From: Fimbriimonadales bacterium
GTDB taxonomy: Bacteria > Armatimonadota > Fimbriimonadia > Fimbriimonadales > ATM1
Assembly: GCA_051003155.1 (NCBI GenBank)
Contig: JBPCLO010000020.1
Location: 1 to 64,000, forward strand
DNA: 64,000 nucleotides
Direction: 5' to 3'
Shown: positions 9,749 through 19,562 of the stretch, piece after piece
Layout of the letters: each line of letters starts with the position of its first letter
Position numbering within the stretch: the first letter of the stretch is position 1
Made by a program: the position numbers and the translations under genes
The notes under the pieces: model-generated
Seen by the model: the letters and a program-made list of their open reading frames with translations, nothing else
Database searches by the model: none
Told to the model about the DNA's origin: nothing

Positions 9749-10954
9749 CTAGCGCTCGATAGGAAACACGGTCGAATCGAAAACGTTGCTGTTGAGCTTC
9801 ATCCTCAAAATAGCATCGCCGGAGGGCTCTTTGTCCAATGCGATTTGAGCAATCGCGGCCTGGGCACCTCCGAGGACGATGTTCTCCATCTCTTGAACGT
9901 TGACGCCCTCGTCTTTGAGAACCCCAAGAACATGCGCGAGAACCCCAACGCGGTCGAGGTGCCGAACGACAAGTAGGTGCGATGCGATTTCGGCCGGCCG
10001 GACGTTGACGACGTTCGGCACGACGCCGGCGTTCTTGTATTCGCGGACGATCCGCACCGTCTCGGCCGCCACCGCTTCTTGAGCCTGCTCGGTGCTCGCG
10101 CCGATGTGATGCGTGCAGTAGACCCGCGGATTGTCTTTGAGCGGCCCGTCGTAGACCCCCTCGCCAGCTGAAGGTTCCCCATCGACTACGTCGAGGCCCG
10201 CGAACAGGTCTCTCGATTCCAGAGCCTGCTCCAGCGCGGCTTCGTCCACGACCTCGGCCCTGCTCGTGTTGATGAAGTACGCGCCCGGTTTCATTTTTTC
10301 GAAGAAGTCCGCCCGGAGGAGGCCCTTCGTTTCCTGGGTGAGAGAAACGTGGACGGAGACCACGTCAGATTGCGCCGCAAGTTCGTCGAGCGACGTTGCC
10401 CTGCCGATTCCGAGTGCCGCGGCGACGTCGGCCGTCATCCACCGGCTGTACGCGACCACGTTCATGCCGAAAGCTTTTGCGCGCGCGATGACCTCCTGGC
10501 CAATTTTGCCCATCCCGATGAGGCCCAGCGTCCGCCCATAAAGCCCCTTTGCGTGGCTGAACTTCTTCTTGTTCCAGCGGCCCGCTCGCAGCTCGCTCAC
10601 GCAGTCCGGAATGTGCCTGTCGATCGCGAGGATGAGACCCATGGTCAGTTCGGCGACCGCCTGGCTGTTCTTTCCTGGGCAGTTTGAAACGTAGATTCCG
10701 AGCCTGCTGGCGGCCTCCACATCGATCGTGTTGTATCCGGAGCCGGCTCGGATGATCAGCGAAAGCTTGCTGCCCTCCATCACGTCGGCGAGCACCTTCG
10801 CGGAGCGGACCACGAGTATGTCCGCTTCGGATTCGTGCGTCTTGTCAATTAGAGCTTGGTCTTTAAGGTCGGGGTCGTACTCAACCTCGACGCCGAGAGC
10901 CGATAGCCCATCCAAACCGCTCTGTTCGAACTTATCCGCGACCAAAACCCTCAT
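9749..10954 (-). CDS. serA: D-3-phosphoglycerate dehydrogenase (2-hydroxyacid dehydrogenase + ACT domain)
   Basis: RAGSGYNTID, GMGKIG, INTSRAEVVD, HHIGAST and a C-terminal ACT-like HLDRVGVL. Confidence 0.85.
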   Translation of the reverse strand: MRVLVADKFEQSGLDGLSALGVEVEYDPDLKDQALIDKTHESEADILVVRSAKVLADVMEGSKLSLIIRAGSGYNTIDVEAASRLGIYVSNCPGKNSQAVAELTMGLILAIDRHIPDCVSELRAGRWNKKKFSHAKGLYGRTLGLIGMGKIGQEVIARAKAFGMNVVAYSRWMTADVAAALGIGRATSLDELAAQSDVVSVHVSLTQETKGLLRADFFEKMKPGAYFINTSRAEVVDEAALEQALESRDLFAGLDVVDGEPSAGEGVYDGPLKDNPRVYCTHHIGASTEQAQEAVAAETVRIVREYKNAGVVPNVVNVRPAEIASHLLVVRHLDRVGVLAHVLGVLKDEGVNVQEMENIVLGGAQAAIAQIALDKEPSGDAILRMKLNSNVFDSTVFPIER

Positions 10955-11036
10955 TGGCCGTTAGTTTACATCTGGAGACGATCTGGCAGCGACCCGGCCC
11001 CGGAACCCGGAGCCGAGCCGTACCGATGATTAGCTT

Positions 11037-11813
11037 TTATCTGAATCGGCGCCGAGCAAATGCCAAGATGCCGATGCCTAGCGCCACAATTGTCGCGGGT
11101 TCGGGCACTCCAACCACGTCCAGGCCGTTGATCCAGTCGCGATTGTTTCGCCAGTCCGCCACTAGATTGCCGCCTGAGTCGTAGGCGCTGATGTGGTCGC
11201 TTCCGAAGCCCGTGGCAACCCAAACCAGACCTGAAGTGCTATCGTAGCCCAGGCCGGACAAGCTGAACGCTCCCCAGCCTGTCACGAACGAGCCGGTCTG
11301 GTTGCCGGCGTAGTCGTACGCGTAGACGCTGCCGTCGTCGTACCGTGCAACGTAAATGGTCGACGCCGTCGCATCGACTCCGGTGATGCCATCGATGGTT
11401 CCGTGAGCCCCAAGAAGACCGCCACCGGTCGTGTACCGCGACGCGGTACCCGAGCCGTAATCTATCGCCAGCAGGTCCGTCGCATTATCGCCCAACCCCT
11501 CGTTCGAGGCGGAGGCGAAGATCCCGAACACGTTGCCCGTGTTCAGATCGACTTCGCCCACGTTGCCGCCAACGTCCGATACGAAGACGCGGCTTCCGAT
11601 CACCGCGACTCCAGTGCCCGTGTTGGGCAGGCCGCCCAAGGTAAGCGTCTCGGTAATGTTCCCAGCGAAGTCGTATTCGACGAGCTCCGGAGTCCCACCG
11701 ACAGCTAGCCCAATGAGCGTACCCGGCGTTACGTCGAAAGCCAAGGCTGACCCGGCAGCGCCGGCAGCTAAGATACTCAGGGCGATGCCCTTGTATGCGA
11801 TGCACGTTTTCAT
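11037..11813 (-). CDS. PEP-CTERM sorting domain protein (propeller-like repeats)
   Basis: Signal peptide; C-terminal VPEPAT + TM segment + RRRFR. Confidence 0.9.
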   Translation of the reverse strand: MKTCIAYKGIALSILAAGAAGSALAFDVTPGTLIGLAVGGTPELVEYDFAGNITETLTLGGLPNTGTGVAVIGSRVFVSDVGGNVGEVDLNTGNVFGIFASASNEGLGDNATDLLAIDYGSGTASRYTTGGGLLGAHGTIDGITGVDATASTIYVARYDDGSVYAYDYAGNQTGSFVTGWGAFSLSGLGYDSTSGLVWVATGFGSDHISAYDSGGNLVADWRNNRDWINGLDVVGVPEPATIVALGIGILAFARRRFR

Positions 11814-11931
11814 ATTTTCCTCCCTAGCTTCAGTCGCAATTCAATGGCGACCATGTAAGTCTAGTAATACATATTGCATGCGGGAGCGCGTTTTGTGACG
11901 CATTTTTGCCGGAAAGCGGAAAGATTTGGGA

Positions 11932-12486
11932 TCAGAACGGGGCCCGCGAACCGTTGCGGGCAAGCAGGAAGGCGTCGGCTTCTTCCGTTTCAGTTCGCCA
12001 ACGAACGCCCTCGACCGTCGACCGGCGCCAAATTTCTGTGGAGGTAATTCGCATGAGATCGTCGTAGACCGCGAACTCGACCCAGTCTTTGTCGAGGCCC
12101 ACAACTCGAACGGTGCGGGCGTATGCCTCGGATCTTAGTCGGATGTTGATGATCTCGCCGGTGGAAACCGCTTCCTGCAGGGCGTGATTAATGACCCGAC
12201 GTGCCCGCGAGAAAGCGGAGGAGTCCGGAAGGGTTGCCTTGAAGTTGGCAAGCCGAACCAACCGTTCCGCGTATACCGGATCGTCGTCGAAGTAGCTTAC
12301 TGTTGAGAACGGGTACTTGCTCTCGCCGTCCGGTTGCCCGGTCGACGAAATCTCGTCGACCGTGAACGTGCGCTCATCTACACGGCGGACGTAACCCCAA
12401 AGCACTCCTGCGGCATCCCTCCAAGGAGAGAAACCGATTGGCCTTCCCTTCGCCATCCACTCGCAGAGTCTCTCGCTTACGTCCAC
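11932..12486 (-). CDS. Hypothetical protein
   Basis: 184-aa ORF with protein-like composition; no recognised motif. Confidence 0.55.
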   Translation of the reverse strand: MDVSERLCEWMAKGRPIGFSPWRDAAGVLWGYVRRVDERTFTVDEISSTGQPDGESKYPFSTVSYFDDDPVYAERLVRLANFKATLPDSSAFSRARRVINHALQEAVSTGEIINIRLRSEAYARTVRVVGLDKDWVEFAVYDDLMRITSTEIWRRSTVEGVRWRTETEEADAFLLARNGSRAPF

Positions 12487-12641
12487 CGCTGCACGATCTT
12501 ACTCCAGCTACCCTTCGGCACGGTGTTGGTCACACGGGAGGCGACGTTGGGTGACGGCTGCAAATCGGGACGCAATCAAGGCTAGCTAAAGCTTGGCCCT
12601 GACAGGGGCCGGCGGGGCCTCTCCGTCTGCAGTCTAAACAG

Positions 12642-12687
12642 TGGCTGCCGCAGTAGGACTCGAACCTACGACCCGCTGATTAACAGT
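12642..12687 (-). repeat. att site: 46-bp 3' half of tRNA-Asn(GTT), left end of island 1
   Basis: Reverse complement ACTGTTAATCAGCGGGTCGTAGGTTCGAGTCCTACTGCGGCAGCCA (anticodon loop, T-arm, acceptor, CCA); identical to 50,440-50,485; no 5' half. Confidence 0.9.
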
Positions 12688-12790
12688 TAGATGGAAGGTC
12701 GTCCACAGCCATCCGTTGTCGTCCGCCAAGTTCAAACGCGAACGGAAATAGTCCGCCTTTGTCTACTGGCAGTTGCAGAAGTTCGCTGGT

Positions 12791-12860
12791 TCTGGTATAC
12801 TCTATGGTATACACAGTTTGAACTTGCGTTGAACTTAGTTGGTTCGACGTTATGGTATAC
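12791..12860 (+). promoter_or_regulatory. Putative integrase arm-type sites (TGGTATAC x3)
   Basis: TGGTATAC at 12,793, 12,805 and 12,853; same doublet at 50,369-50,390. Confidence 0.65.
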
Positions 12861-12875
12861 GAAACGGGAGAAACA

Positions 12876-14024
12876 ATGGCAAAGAGGCAACGAAGAGCGG
12901 ACGGGTACACGGTTGGCCAATGGGCTAACGGCGGTTGGTGGAGCCGTGTTACCACCGGCTACAACGAACAGGGCAACCCCAAGCGAAAGGCCTTCTATGG
13001 CAGTACCCGGGCCGAGGTGGTGGAAAGGGCCCAAGCGTTCAAGCAGAAGATCGACAAGGGAGGGTTCGCACCAGAAGGCAGGGACACCACGGTAGCCGCG
13101 TGGCTCGGGCATTGGCTCGAATCGTTCATCCGCCCGCATCGGGAGCCAAAGACTACGGGCTACTACGAAGGGTTTATCCGGCTACACATCGGCCCCGCCC
13201 TTGGAAGGATTCCCCTTCGCAAACTGACGGCGGCAAAGGTCCGGGAGCTTATGAGTGCGAAGGCCGCCGAAGGGCTATCGCCGTCCACGATACGCGGTCT
13301 ACGCGCAACCCTGCGGGCAGGGCTCAATCAGGCATGGAAAGACGGGCTGATCGATCAGAACGTGGCCCAAAAGGTTGCGCCCCCAAAGATCGAAGCCAAA
13401 GAGGAGCCGATGCACCTCACGCCGGAGCAGGTTGGCCGGTTCCTCGATAACATTCGGAATCATCCGCTGTCCCCATTGTTCGCCTTCACGCTTACTACCG
13501 GGGTTCGAATCGGGGAAGCTACGGGCTTGCGTTTGTCTGATATCGACTTCGAGAAGCGAACCGCACGGATCGCCGTTCAGCTTCAGCGGATAGACGGCAA
13601 GCTCCAGCACAAGAGCCTAAAGAGCAAGTCCGCACGCCGAACGCTTCACCTTGCAGATACCGCTATCGCAGCCGTCAAGGCCGCGAATTCTTCTCAACTG
13701 ATCGACGGGCCCGCGAACCCTCTTGGTCTCGTCTTCCTAAACACTGAAGGTCGACCCCTCGATCAAAAGTACATCGACAAGCGACTGAAAGCCCTACTCG
13801 TGGCTGCCGGTCTTCCGCCGCTCAGCTTTCATAAGCTGCGCCATACCGTAGCATCTCTCATGGTCGCCGGCGGTGTAGATTTGCATCAGGTAAAAGAACA
13901 GTTGGGGCACTCGCAGATCAGCTTGACCGCGAACCTCTACGCCCACGGGGTAAGCGAAGCCCAAAGAAGAGCCGCGAATGTCCTCGATGGAATCATCAAG
14001 CGAGGGACTTTGTACGAAAGCTGA
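12876..14024 (+). CDS. Tyrosine recombinase/integrase of island 1
   Basis: TGVRIGE, FHKLRHT, LGHS and NLY catalytic motifs; next to the att site; GGGAG RBS before ATG 12,876. Confidence 0.95.
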   Translation: MAKRQRRADGYTVGQWANGGWWSRVTTGYNEQGNPKRKAFYGSTRAEVVERAQAFKQKIDKGGFAPEGRDTTVAAWLGHWLESFIRPHREPKTTGYYEGFIRLHIGPALGRIPLRKLTAAKVRELMSAKAAEGLSPSTIRGLRATLRAGLNQAWKDGLIDQNVAQKVAPPKIEAKEEPMHLTPEQVGRFLDNIRNHPLSPLFAFTLTTGVRIGEATGLRLSDIDFEKRTARIAVQLQRIDGKLQHKSLKSKSARRTLHLADTAIAAVKAANSSQLIDGPANPLGLVFLNTEGRPLDQKYIDKRLKALLVAAGLPPLSFHKLRHTVASLMVAGGVDLHQVKEQLGHSQISLTANLYAHGVSEAQRRAANVLDGIIKRGTLYES

Positions 14025-14088
14025 GCGCGACGCTCTTTTTATAGTGTTCACTCAGTTCGCCTTGCCTAGCGGAAAGACGCTCGATGGT

Positions 14089-14190
14089 CTAGCCGATCTT
14101 ATCACCCGGCCCGTTCATCGTCGCGACGCACTGGTCGCAGGTCCGGGCGCACTCGGTACACGCCTGGATGCAACTCTCGAATTGACTCAT
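14089..14190 (-). pseudogene. Truncated Cys-rich four-helix-bundle (Csp/DUF326-like) gene
   Basis: MSQFESCIQACTECARTCDQCVATMNGPGDKIG*; similar to the N-terminus of 18,762-19,019. Confidence 0.6.
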
Positions 14191-14277
14191 GTCTTGCTTT
14201 CCTCTTGGCTGGTCCGCCGGCCGGGCCCGCCACTGCCCGGCCTGCCGCGCCCCGACGCTCGGGGCAAATCGTGCGGG

Positions 14278-14676
14278 CTACTTGGCGACGACCTTGCCCT
14301 TGTACATCCCCATCGGGCAGCCGAACGCGTAGGTGCCGGCCTTCTTAGGGGTGAAGGTCACGACGGTCTTCGTTCCGTTCGTGAGCGCCTTGCGCATCTT
14401 GGGGCTCTCGAAGACGACCTCGTCGGCGCAGCCCCTGCTCTTGGTGTCGAAGGTGAGCTGCACCGGCTTGCCCGCCTTGACGCTGATGGTCGATGGGCTG
14501 AAGCCGCCGTCCACGGTGACGGTCGCCTTCTGGACGCCCTTGTCGGCCCTCGCCTGCATCGGCTCTTCGCTGCCAATGCTAGCGTTTGGACTGCAGCAGC
14601 TATCTTGAGTGCTCGCGAAGCCGAGTAACGAGGCTCCGGCGATAAGCGCCAGAGCGGTTGTGATGATGTTTTTCAT
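14278..14676 (-). CDS. Secreted cupredoxin-like domain protein (copy A)
   Basis: Signal peptide; GFSPSTISVKAGKPV and GTYAFGCPMGMYKG. Confidence 0.85.
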   Translation of the reverse strand: MKNIITTALALIAGASLLGFASTQDSCCSPNASIGSEEPMQARADKGVQKATVTVDGGFSPSTISVKAGKPVQLTFDTKSRGCADEVVFESPKMRKALTNGTKTVVTFTPKKAGTYAFGCPMGMYKGKVVAK

Positions 14677-14688
14677 GGTTGTGTCTTC

Positions 14689-17600
14689 CTACGTACGGTC
14701 GTGGCCCGGAGGGGCGGATGAGTCGTGAGCCGCTGCATCGTGATCCTCAGCTTCGCTCGATTGCCAAACGTATTCCTTGCCTCGGAAAGTCCTGTTCAGC
14801 CACTTCAGGAGATCGTCCACGTACGTGTGCATGATCGGGATGTCGAAGAGGCTGAGGATCGTGCCCATGAGCAGGCCCCCGACGACCGCCACCGCCAGTG
14901 GCTGGTAGGGGTCGAGGCCAGTTTTTGGGACGATCGCGATCGGGAGCATGACGACCAGCGTTATGCCGGCCGTCATGAGGATCGGACGCAGCCGGTCCGG
15001 GCAGGCACGGATGATCGCCTCGTCCCTAGGAATGCCCCGATCGCGGTACTTCATGATGAGGTCGATCATGAGCACGGCGGTCGTGATGTCCATGCCCGTG
15101 AGGACGATGATTCCGAGCAGCGATACCGTCGAGAAGGCCGCGTGCGCTAGCCAAAGCGCGATGAACACGCCAGCCAACTCGAGCGGGAGCGAGGCGATCA
15201 TCTGTAGCGGCTGCATGAAGCCGCGGAATTGAATGACCAGCACCAGGTACATGAGCACGAGCGCCAGCACCAGGCTGCTCATCAGCCGGCGCATGCTGTC
15301 CATCATCTGCGTCATGTCGCCGCGCATCTCCATGCCGTAGCCGGGCGGGAAGTTGACCGGCTCGATGCCGAGCTTCTTGTTGCCGCCGTAGGCGTTGGCG
15401 ACGAGGTTCATCACCACGTCCATGCTGGGCAGGTTGCCGAGCCGGTAGTAGCCGGTGACCCCCATGACGCGCTTCAGCCCATCGTGCTCGATGGCGGTTG
15501 GTGCCTCGGCTTTCTCGATGTCCGCGACGGACTTTAGAGGGATCTGCTCGCCGGCCGGCGTGGTGACGTAGAGGTTCTCGAGGTCGAGCGAGGTCTGGCG
15601 GTCGCGCTCGTCGTAGCGGACGAGGATCGTGTTCTGGCGCAGGTTCGGCAGCCTGTAGAACTCGTTCGTCAGTCCCCCTCGCAGCGCGTAGTAGGCTTGC
15701 TGCGAGATGCTCTCCGGTGTGAGCCCTACCTCCTGGGCGCGCTGCGGGTCCACCTTGACGCGGTAGTCGGGCAGGCCCAGCGTCCATGTGCGCGATGGCT
15801 GGAACATCTCGGGCATCTTCTGAGCGACACCTTCCACCTCCCTGCCGAGCCGTTCCAGCTCGAACAGATCGGGGCCGTAGATGTTCACATGGATCGGCGC
15901 AGCGGCGGTCGCCATGACGTCGGAGCCCATCTCCTTGATCTGTAGCCGTCGCAGGCCGGGAATGGTCTCGTACGCCTCCTTGTGGATCGCGTCCATGACC
16001 TGGAATATCGTGCGGCCCCGCTCGTCCTTGTCGCTGAAGGTCAGCATCATTGCGGCGCCGCTGACCTGGGGCATCTGGTAACCGGTATAGAACGGCGACC
16101 AGGTCTCGAACATGGACTCGGCCCCGATCTCGATGCTCGCCTTTTCGAGCTCGGGGTGCTTGGCCATGATTCCCTCGAGCCTCTTCACCGCGTCCTCAGT
16201 TCCTTTGTAGGACGTGCCCGGCTGCATCTCCATGAAGCCGGCCGCCTGCCCGGTGTCGGCGAGCGGCATCATCTCGCTGCCGATGAAGTAATAGAAGGTG
16301 AAGCCGATGATCAGCACGGCTACGATGCGCGCGAAGTTGATGAACCGGTGCTTGAGCGTCCAGGCGATCGCTCTCGCATACCAAGCTTCGAGCCGGTCGA
16401 GCCCGCGCTGGAAGGGATCGAGCGGCTTGTAGATCCATTTGAGGAACCAGTGCTTGCGGTCGGCCCCCCTCGCCTCCTCGTGCCTCAGTAGCTTTGCGCA
16501 CAGCAGCGCGGTGAGCGTGAAGGAAACGAGCATGGACGCGAGCAGCCCAAAGATCAGCGGCCAGACCAGCTCCACGAACATCAGCCCGACGATCCCGCCC
16601 GAAAAGAGCAAGGGCATCAACGCGAGGACGATCATCAGGGTCGAGGCGATCACCGCGACCCGCACCTCGGCGATGCCGTCGATGGTGGCCGTCTTGGGGT
16701 CCTTGCCCATCCGCAGATGGCGCTCCACCGCGTGGATGTCGATGACGCTGTCGTCCACCAGGCGCCCGATCGACAAGAGGAGCCCGATCAGGGTGCCGCT
16801 GTTGAAGGTCATGCCGAAGGGCACCATCAAGAGGATGGCCAGCGCCAAAGAGGTCGGCAAGGTGATCATCGCAATCAGGGTGCCGCGCCACTCGCCGAGG
16901 AAGAAGATGACCGCGAGGCCGGTGAGCAGGACCGCCAGCCCGAGCTCGTGCCAGACGTTCTCGAACAGGATGTCCACGAAGTGGGCGTTGTCGTAAGCGA
17001 CCTCGAACTTCAAGCCTGGGTTCTCGCTCTCGATCTGCTCGACGACCTTCATCACCGCCGGAACGACCGCCGCCGAGCTCGCGCCAGGGTTCTGGATGAC
17101 CGACACCTCGATCGCGTCCGAGCCCCCTCCCTCACTTTGGTTCGTAAGTGAGGGAGGGGGTTGGGGGTGGGAGATAGCGGCCTTGTAGTAGCGGTACCCG
17201 CTCCGCTTCTCCCAGTGCGTGTCCTCAATCTTCGCGACGTCGCGGATGTAGACAACCCGAGGAGATCGCGGCGCTCCCGGTGTTGCGGTGTTGCGGTCTT
17301 GCGGTGTTGAAGTCGGAGGACCACCGCCGCCCATGCCCATCGGGCCGCCCCCCGATCCGGCCGATCCGCCCGATGCGTCCGATCCGCCCGTGCCGCGGAT
17401 CGGATAGTCCAAGATGTCCTGCGCGGAAACCGCCCGAGTGTCCACCCGAACCACGCTCTCCGTCCCGCCCCGTGTCAAGGTCCCGGACGACCGCGTCACG
17501 TTCGAGCGGTCGATCGCGTCCCGCACATCCAGGATCGAGAACCCGTAAGCCGCCAGCTTCTCCCGGTCCACCACCACCTGCATCTGCCGCCGAAAGCCCC

Positions 17601-18201
17601 CGAACGGCACCACCGAGTACACGTCCGGCACCGCCTTGAACCGCCGCACCAGCTCGTTGTCCGCGAACTCCCGCACCCGCACCGCGTCCCAGCCCAAAGA
17701 AGGATCGCCCGTCACCGCCAGCGACAGGATCGGCAGGTTCAAAGGGTCGATCGGCACGATGAACGAGGGCTTCAGGTTCGCTCCCGTCGCCGGCAGGTTC
17801 GACTGCGTGACGTTCATCAGCGTCTGCACGTCCACCAGCGCCCGCTCCATGTTCGTCCCGTACGGGAACTCCAGCGCCACGATCGAGAAGCCGTCCTGCG
17901 AGGTCGAGCGGATGTAGCGCACCCCCTTGAGGTTCACGAGCTGCTCCTCGATCGGCTTGCTGATGTACAGCTCCATCTCCTGCGAGGACAGCCCCGGCAT
18001 CATCGTCACGACCCCGATCATCGGGCTCTCGACGTACGGCGCGAACCGCCTAGGGATGATCCCGCTGATCGCCATCCACGCCAGCGCGAGCACCCCCACG
18101 AAGAACGCGACCACCGCGTACGGGTGCTCGATCGACCACCGATGGATCATGTGGAGCGGGTTGTGCCGCTTCGTCTCGAACCGCACCGGCTCCCGCTTCA
18201 A
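14689..18201 (-). CDS. RND efflux permease (AcrB/CzcA/CusA superfamily)
   Basis: PIEEQL, GRLVDDSV and RLRPILMT motifs; two TM blocks; likely TTG start at 18,201 after GAAGGTGG. Confidence 0.92.
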   Translation of the reverse strand: MKREPVRFETKRHNPLHMIHRWSIEHPYAVVAFFVGVLALAWMAISGIIPRRFAPYVESPMIGVVTMMPGLSSQEMELYISKPIEEQLVNLKGVRYIRSTSQDGFSIVALEFPYGTNMERALVDVQTLMNVTQSNLPATGANLKPSFIVPIDPLNLPILSLAVTGDPSLGWDAVRVREFADNELVRRFKAVPDVYSVVPFGGFRRQMQVVVDREKLAAYGFSILDVRDAIDRSNVTRSSGTLTRGGTESVVRVDTRAVSAQDILDYPIRGTGGSDASGGSAGSGGGPMGMGGGGPPTSTPQDRNTATPGAPRSPRVVYIRDVAKIEDTHWEKRSGYRYYKAAISHPQPPPSLTNQSEGGGSDAIEVSVIQNPGASSAAVVPAVMKVVEQIESENPGLKFEVAYDNAHFVDILFENVWHELGLAVLLTGLAVIFFLGEWRGTLIAMITLPTSLALAILLMVPFGMTFNSGTLIGLLLSIGRLVDDSVIDIHAVERHLRMGKDPKTATIDGIAEVRVAVIASTLMIVLALMPLLFSGGIVGLMFVELVWPLIFGLLASMLVSFTLTALLCAKLLRHEEARGADRKHWFLKWIYKPLDPFQRGLDRLEAWYARAIAWTLKHRFINFARIVAVLIIGFTFYYFIGSEMMPLADTGQAAGFMEMQPGTSYKGTEDAVKRLEGIMAKHPELEKASIEIGAESMFETWSPFYTGYQMPQVSGAAMMLTFSDKDERGRTIFQVMDAIHKEAYETIPGLRRLQIKEMGSDVMATAAAPIHVNIYGPDLFELERLGREVEGVAQKMPEMFQPSRTWTLGLPDYRVKVDPQRAQEVGLTPESISQQAYYALRGGLTNEFYRLPNLRQNTILVRYDERDRQTSLDLENLYVTTPAGEQIPLKSVADIEKAEAPTAIEHDGLKRVMGVTGYYRLGNLPSMDVVMNLVANAYGGNKKLGIEPVNFPPGYGMEMRGDMTQMMDSMRRLMSSLVLALVLMYLVLVIQFRGFMQPLQMIASLPLELAGVFIALWLAHAAFSTVSLLGIIVLTGMDITTAVLMIDLIMKYRDRGIPRDEAIIRACPDRLRPILMTAGITLVVMLPIAIVPKTGLDPYQPLAVAVVGGLLMGTILSLFDIPIMHTYVDDLLKWLNRTFRGKEYVWQSSEAEDHDAAAHDSSAPPGHDRT

Positions 18202-18246
18202 CGCACCACCTTCGTGCAGTGTCCAGAAAAAACTTTGCTGAACCCC

Positions 18247-18278
18247 TTGACTCTCAACCAAGGTTCATACTTCGCACT
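18247..18278 (+). promoter_or_regulatory. MerR-type promoter/operator
   Basis: TTGACT followed by the dyad AACC-AA-GGTT in the spacer, just upstream of the merR-like ATG. Confidence 0.55.
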
Positions 18279-18284
18279 GTCGAC

Positions 18285-18716
18285 ATGCGGATTGGTGAGC
18301 TTGCAAAAAAGGCCGGAGTGAGCGTATCGAGCGTGCGCTTCTATGAGTCGCAAGGCTTGATGCCCAAGCCCGACACGCAGGAGTCCGGCTATCGCGAGTA
18401 CGGTGAGAACGAGCTTCACAGGCTGCTCCTCATCGTCGCCGCCAAGCGGCAGCGATTCCCCCTCGGCCTGATCCGCACCGTCCTCAGCGCGCTCGACGGC
18501 AAGATTCTGTGGCTGTTGCCAAGAGGGCACGGTCAACGAGCCCGATTGCGTCCTCTTCATTTGTCGGTCTTGTCCTTGTCGCTCTGTTCGTCGGTCGACC
18601 GTTTCTTGCGGCCCATCGTGCCCATGCAAAATCGCATCATCATCCAGCAGCAGAAGATGAGCACTGCGCCAATCAAGATAATCCCTCTGATCCAGTCCAT
18701 GTCGTCTCCTTGGTGA
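18285..18716 (+). pseudogene. MerR-family regulator, probably truncated after the HTH
   Basis: MRIGELAKKAGVSVSSVRFYESQGL..SGYREY; similarity lost after ~18,500, where the ORF runs antisense into another gene. Confidence 0.7.
18557..18700 (-). CDS. Small Cys/Met-rich membrane protein (47 aa)
   Basis: AGGAG RBS; MDWIRGIILIGAVLIFCCWMMMRFCMGTMG... Confidence 0.6.
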   Translation of the reverse strand: MDWIRGIILIGAVLIFCCWMMMRFCMGTMGRKKRSTDEQSDKDKTDK

Positions 18717-18761
18717 AGGGCCGGCCCCGGCGTGACCACCGGGACCAGGCCCTTGCTTTCG

Positions 18762-19019
18762 CTAGGCGGCGGTGCCAACCACGCGGCGGCATTCCTCCGC
18801 GCACTTGCGGCACGACTCCGCGCACCGCCTGCATCCCGAGTCGTCGCTGTGCCGATCGCACGCTTTGGCGCAGCGGTCGCAGGCGTCCGCGCACTCGTTG
18901 CACGGAGCGACGCAGTCCTGCAGGCCCGTCGTTTGCTGGCAGTGCTGGGCGCAGCTGCGGCACTCTTCGGCGCAGGAACGATATGCTTCGATGCACGCCT
19001 GGTACTGCTCATTAGCCAT
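18762..19019 (-). CDS. Cys-rich four-helix-bundle copper storage-like protein (Csp3/DUF326-like)
   Basis: 85 aa from MANEQY, 16 Cys in CxxC/CxxxC spacing; AGGAG RBS. Confidence 0.8.
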   Translation of the reverse strand: MANEQYQACIEAYRSCAEECRSCAQHCQQTTGLQDCVAPCNECADACDRCAKACDRHSDDSGCRRCAESCRKCAEECRRVVGTAA

Positions 19020-19105
19020 TCTCGCTTCTCCTATGTGGCTGTCAACTCCGGCAGGGGGCGCCACTCCCCTGCCTGCCGTCGGCACGATCGCGGCCAATCG
19101 TTTGG

Positions 19106-19510
19106 CTACTTGGCGACCACCTTGCCCTTGTACATGCCCATGGGGCAGGCGAACGCGTAGGTTCCGGGCTTCTTGAGCGTGAAGGTGACGACGGTCTTCT
19201 TGCCGTTCGTCAGCACCTTTCGGATGTTCAGGCTCTTGAAGATGACCTCGTCGGCGCAGCCTCTGCTCTTGGTGTCGAAGGTGATCTGCACGGTCTTGCC
19301 GGCCTTGACGTTGATCGTCGAGGGGCTGAAGCCGTTGTTGACCGTGACGGTCGCCTTCTGAACGCCCTTCTGGTCGACTTGCGCCTGAATCGGTTCTCCC
19401 GACGAGGCGCTGGCGTTGGCTCCGCAGCAATCGCACTGCTGAGCGCTTGCGAAGCCGAGTAACGAGGCTCCGGCGACGAGCGCCAGAGCGGTTGCTGTGA
19501 TGTTTTTCAT
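19106..19510 (-). CDS. Secreted cupredoxin-like domain protein (copy B)
   Basis: Close paralog of 14,278-14,676; start MKNITATA after an AGGAG RBS. Confidence 0.85.
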   Translation of the reverse strand: MKNITATALALVAGASLLGFASAQQCDCCGANASASSGEPIQAQVDQKGVQKATVTVNNGFSPSTINVKAGKTVQITFDTKSRGCADEVIFKSLNIRKVLTNGKKTVVTFTLKKPGTYAFACPMGMYKGKVVAK

Positions 19511-19562
19511 GGTGTTCTCCTTACGTAACTCGTTTTGGATGCAATGTTCCACTCCCCTGCCA

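Noticed and set aside
12642..12687. Intact tRNA-Asn gene (also 50,440-50,488) and intact tRNA at 53,024
   Set aside because: Only anticodon or T-arm to CCA is present; the adjacent sequence cannot form a D-arm or 5' acceptor strand
17280..17410. CCGATCCG-type repeats
   Set aside because: They encode a Gly/Ser/Pro linker inside the RND protein
14689..18201. Naming the pump cusA or czcA
   Set aside because: Substrate-defining residues could not be verified by eye; a copper role is inferred only from neighbouring genes
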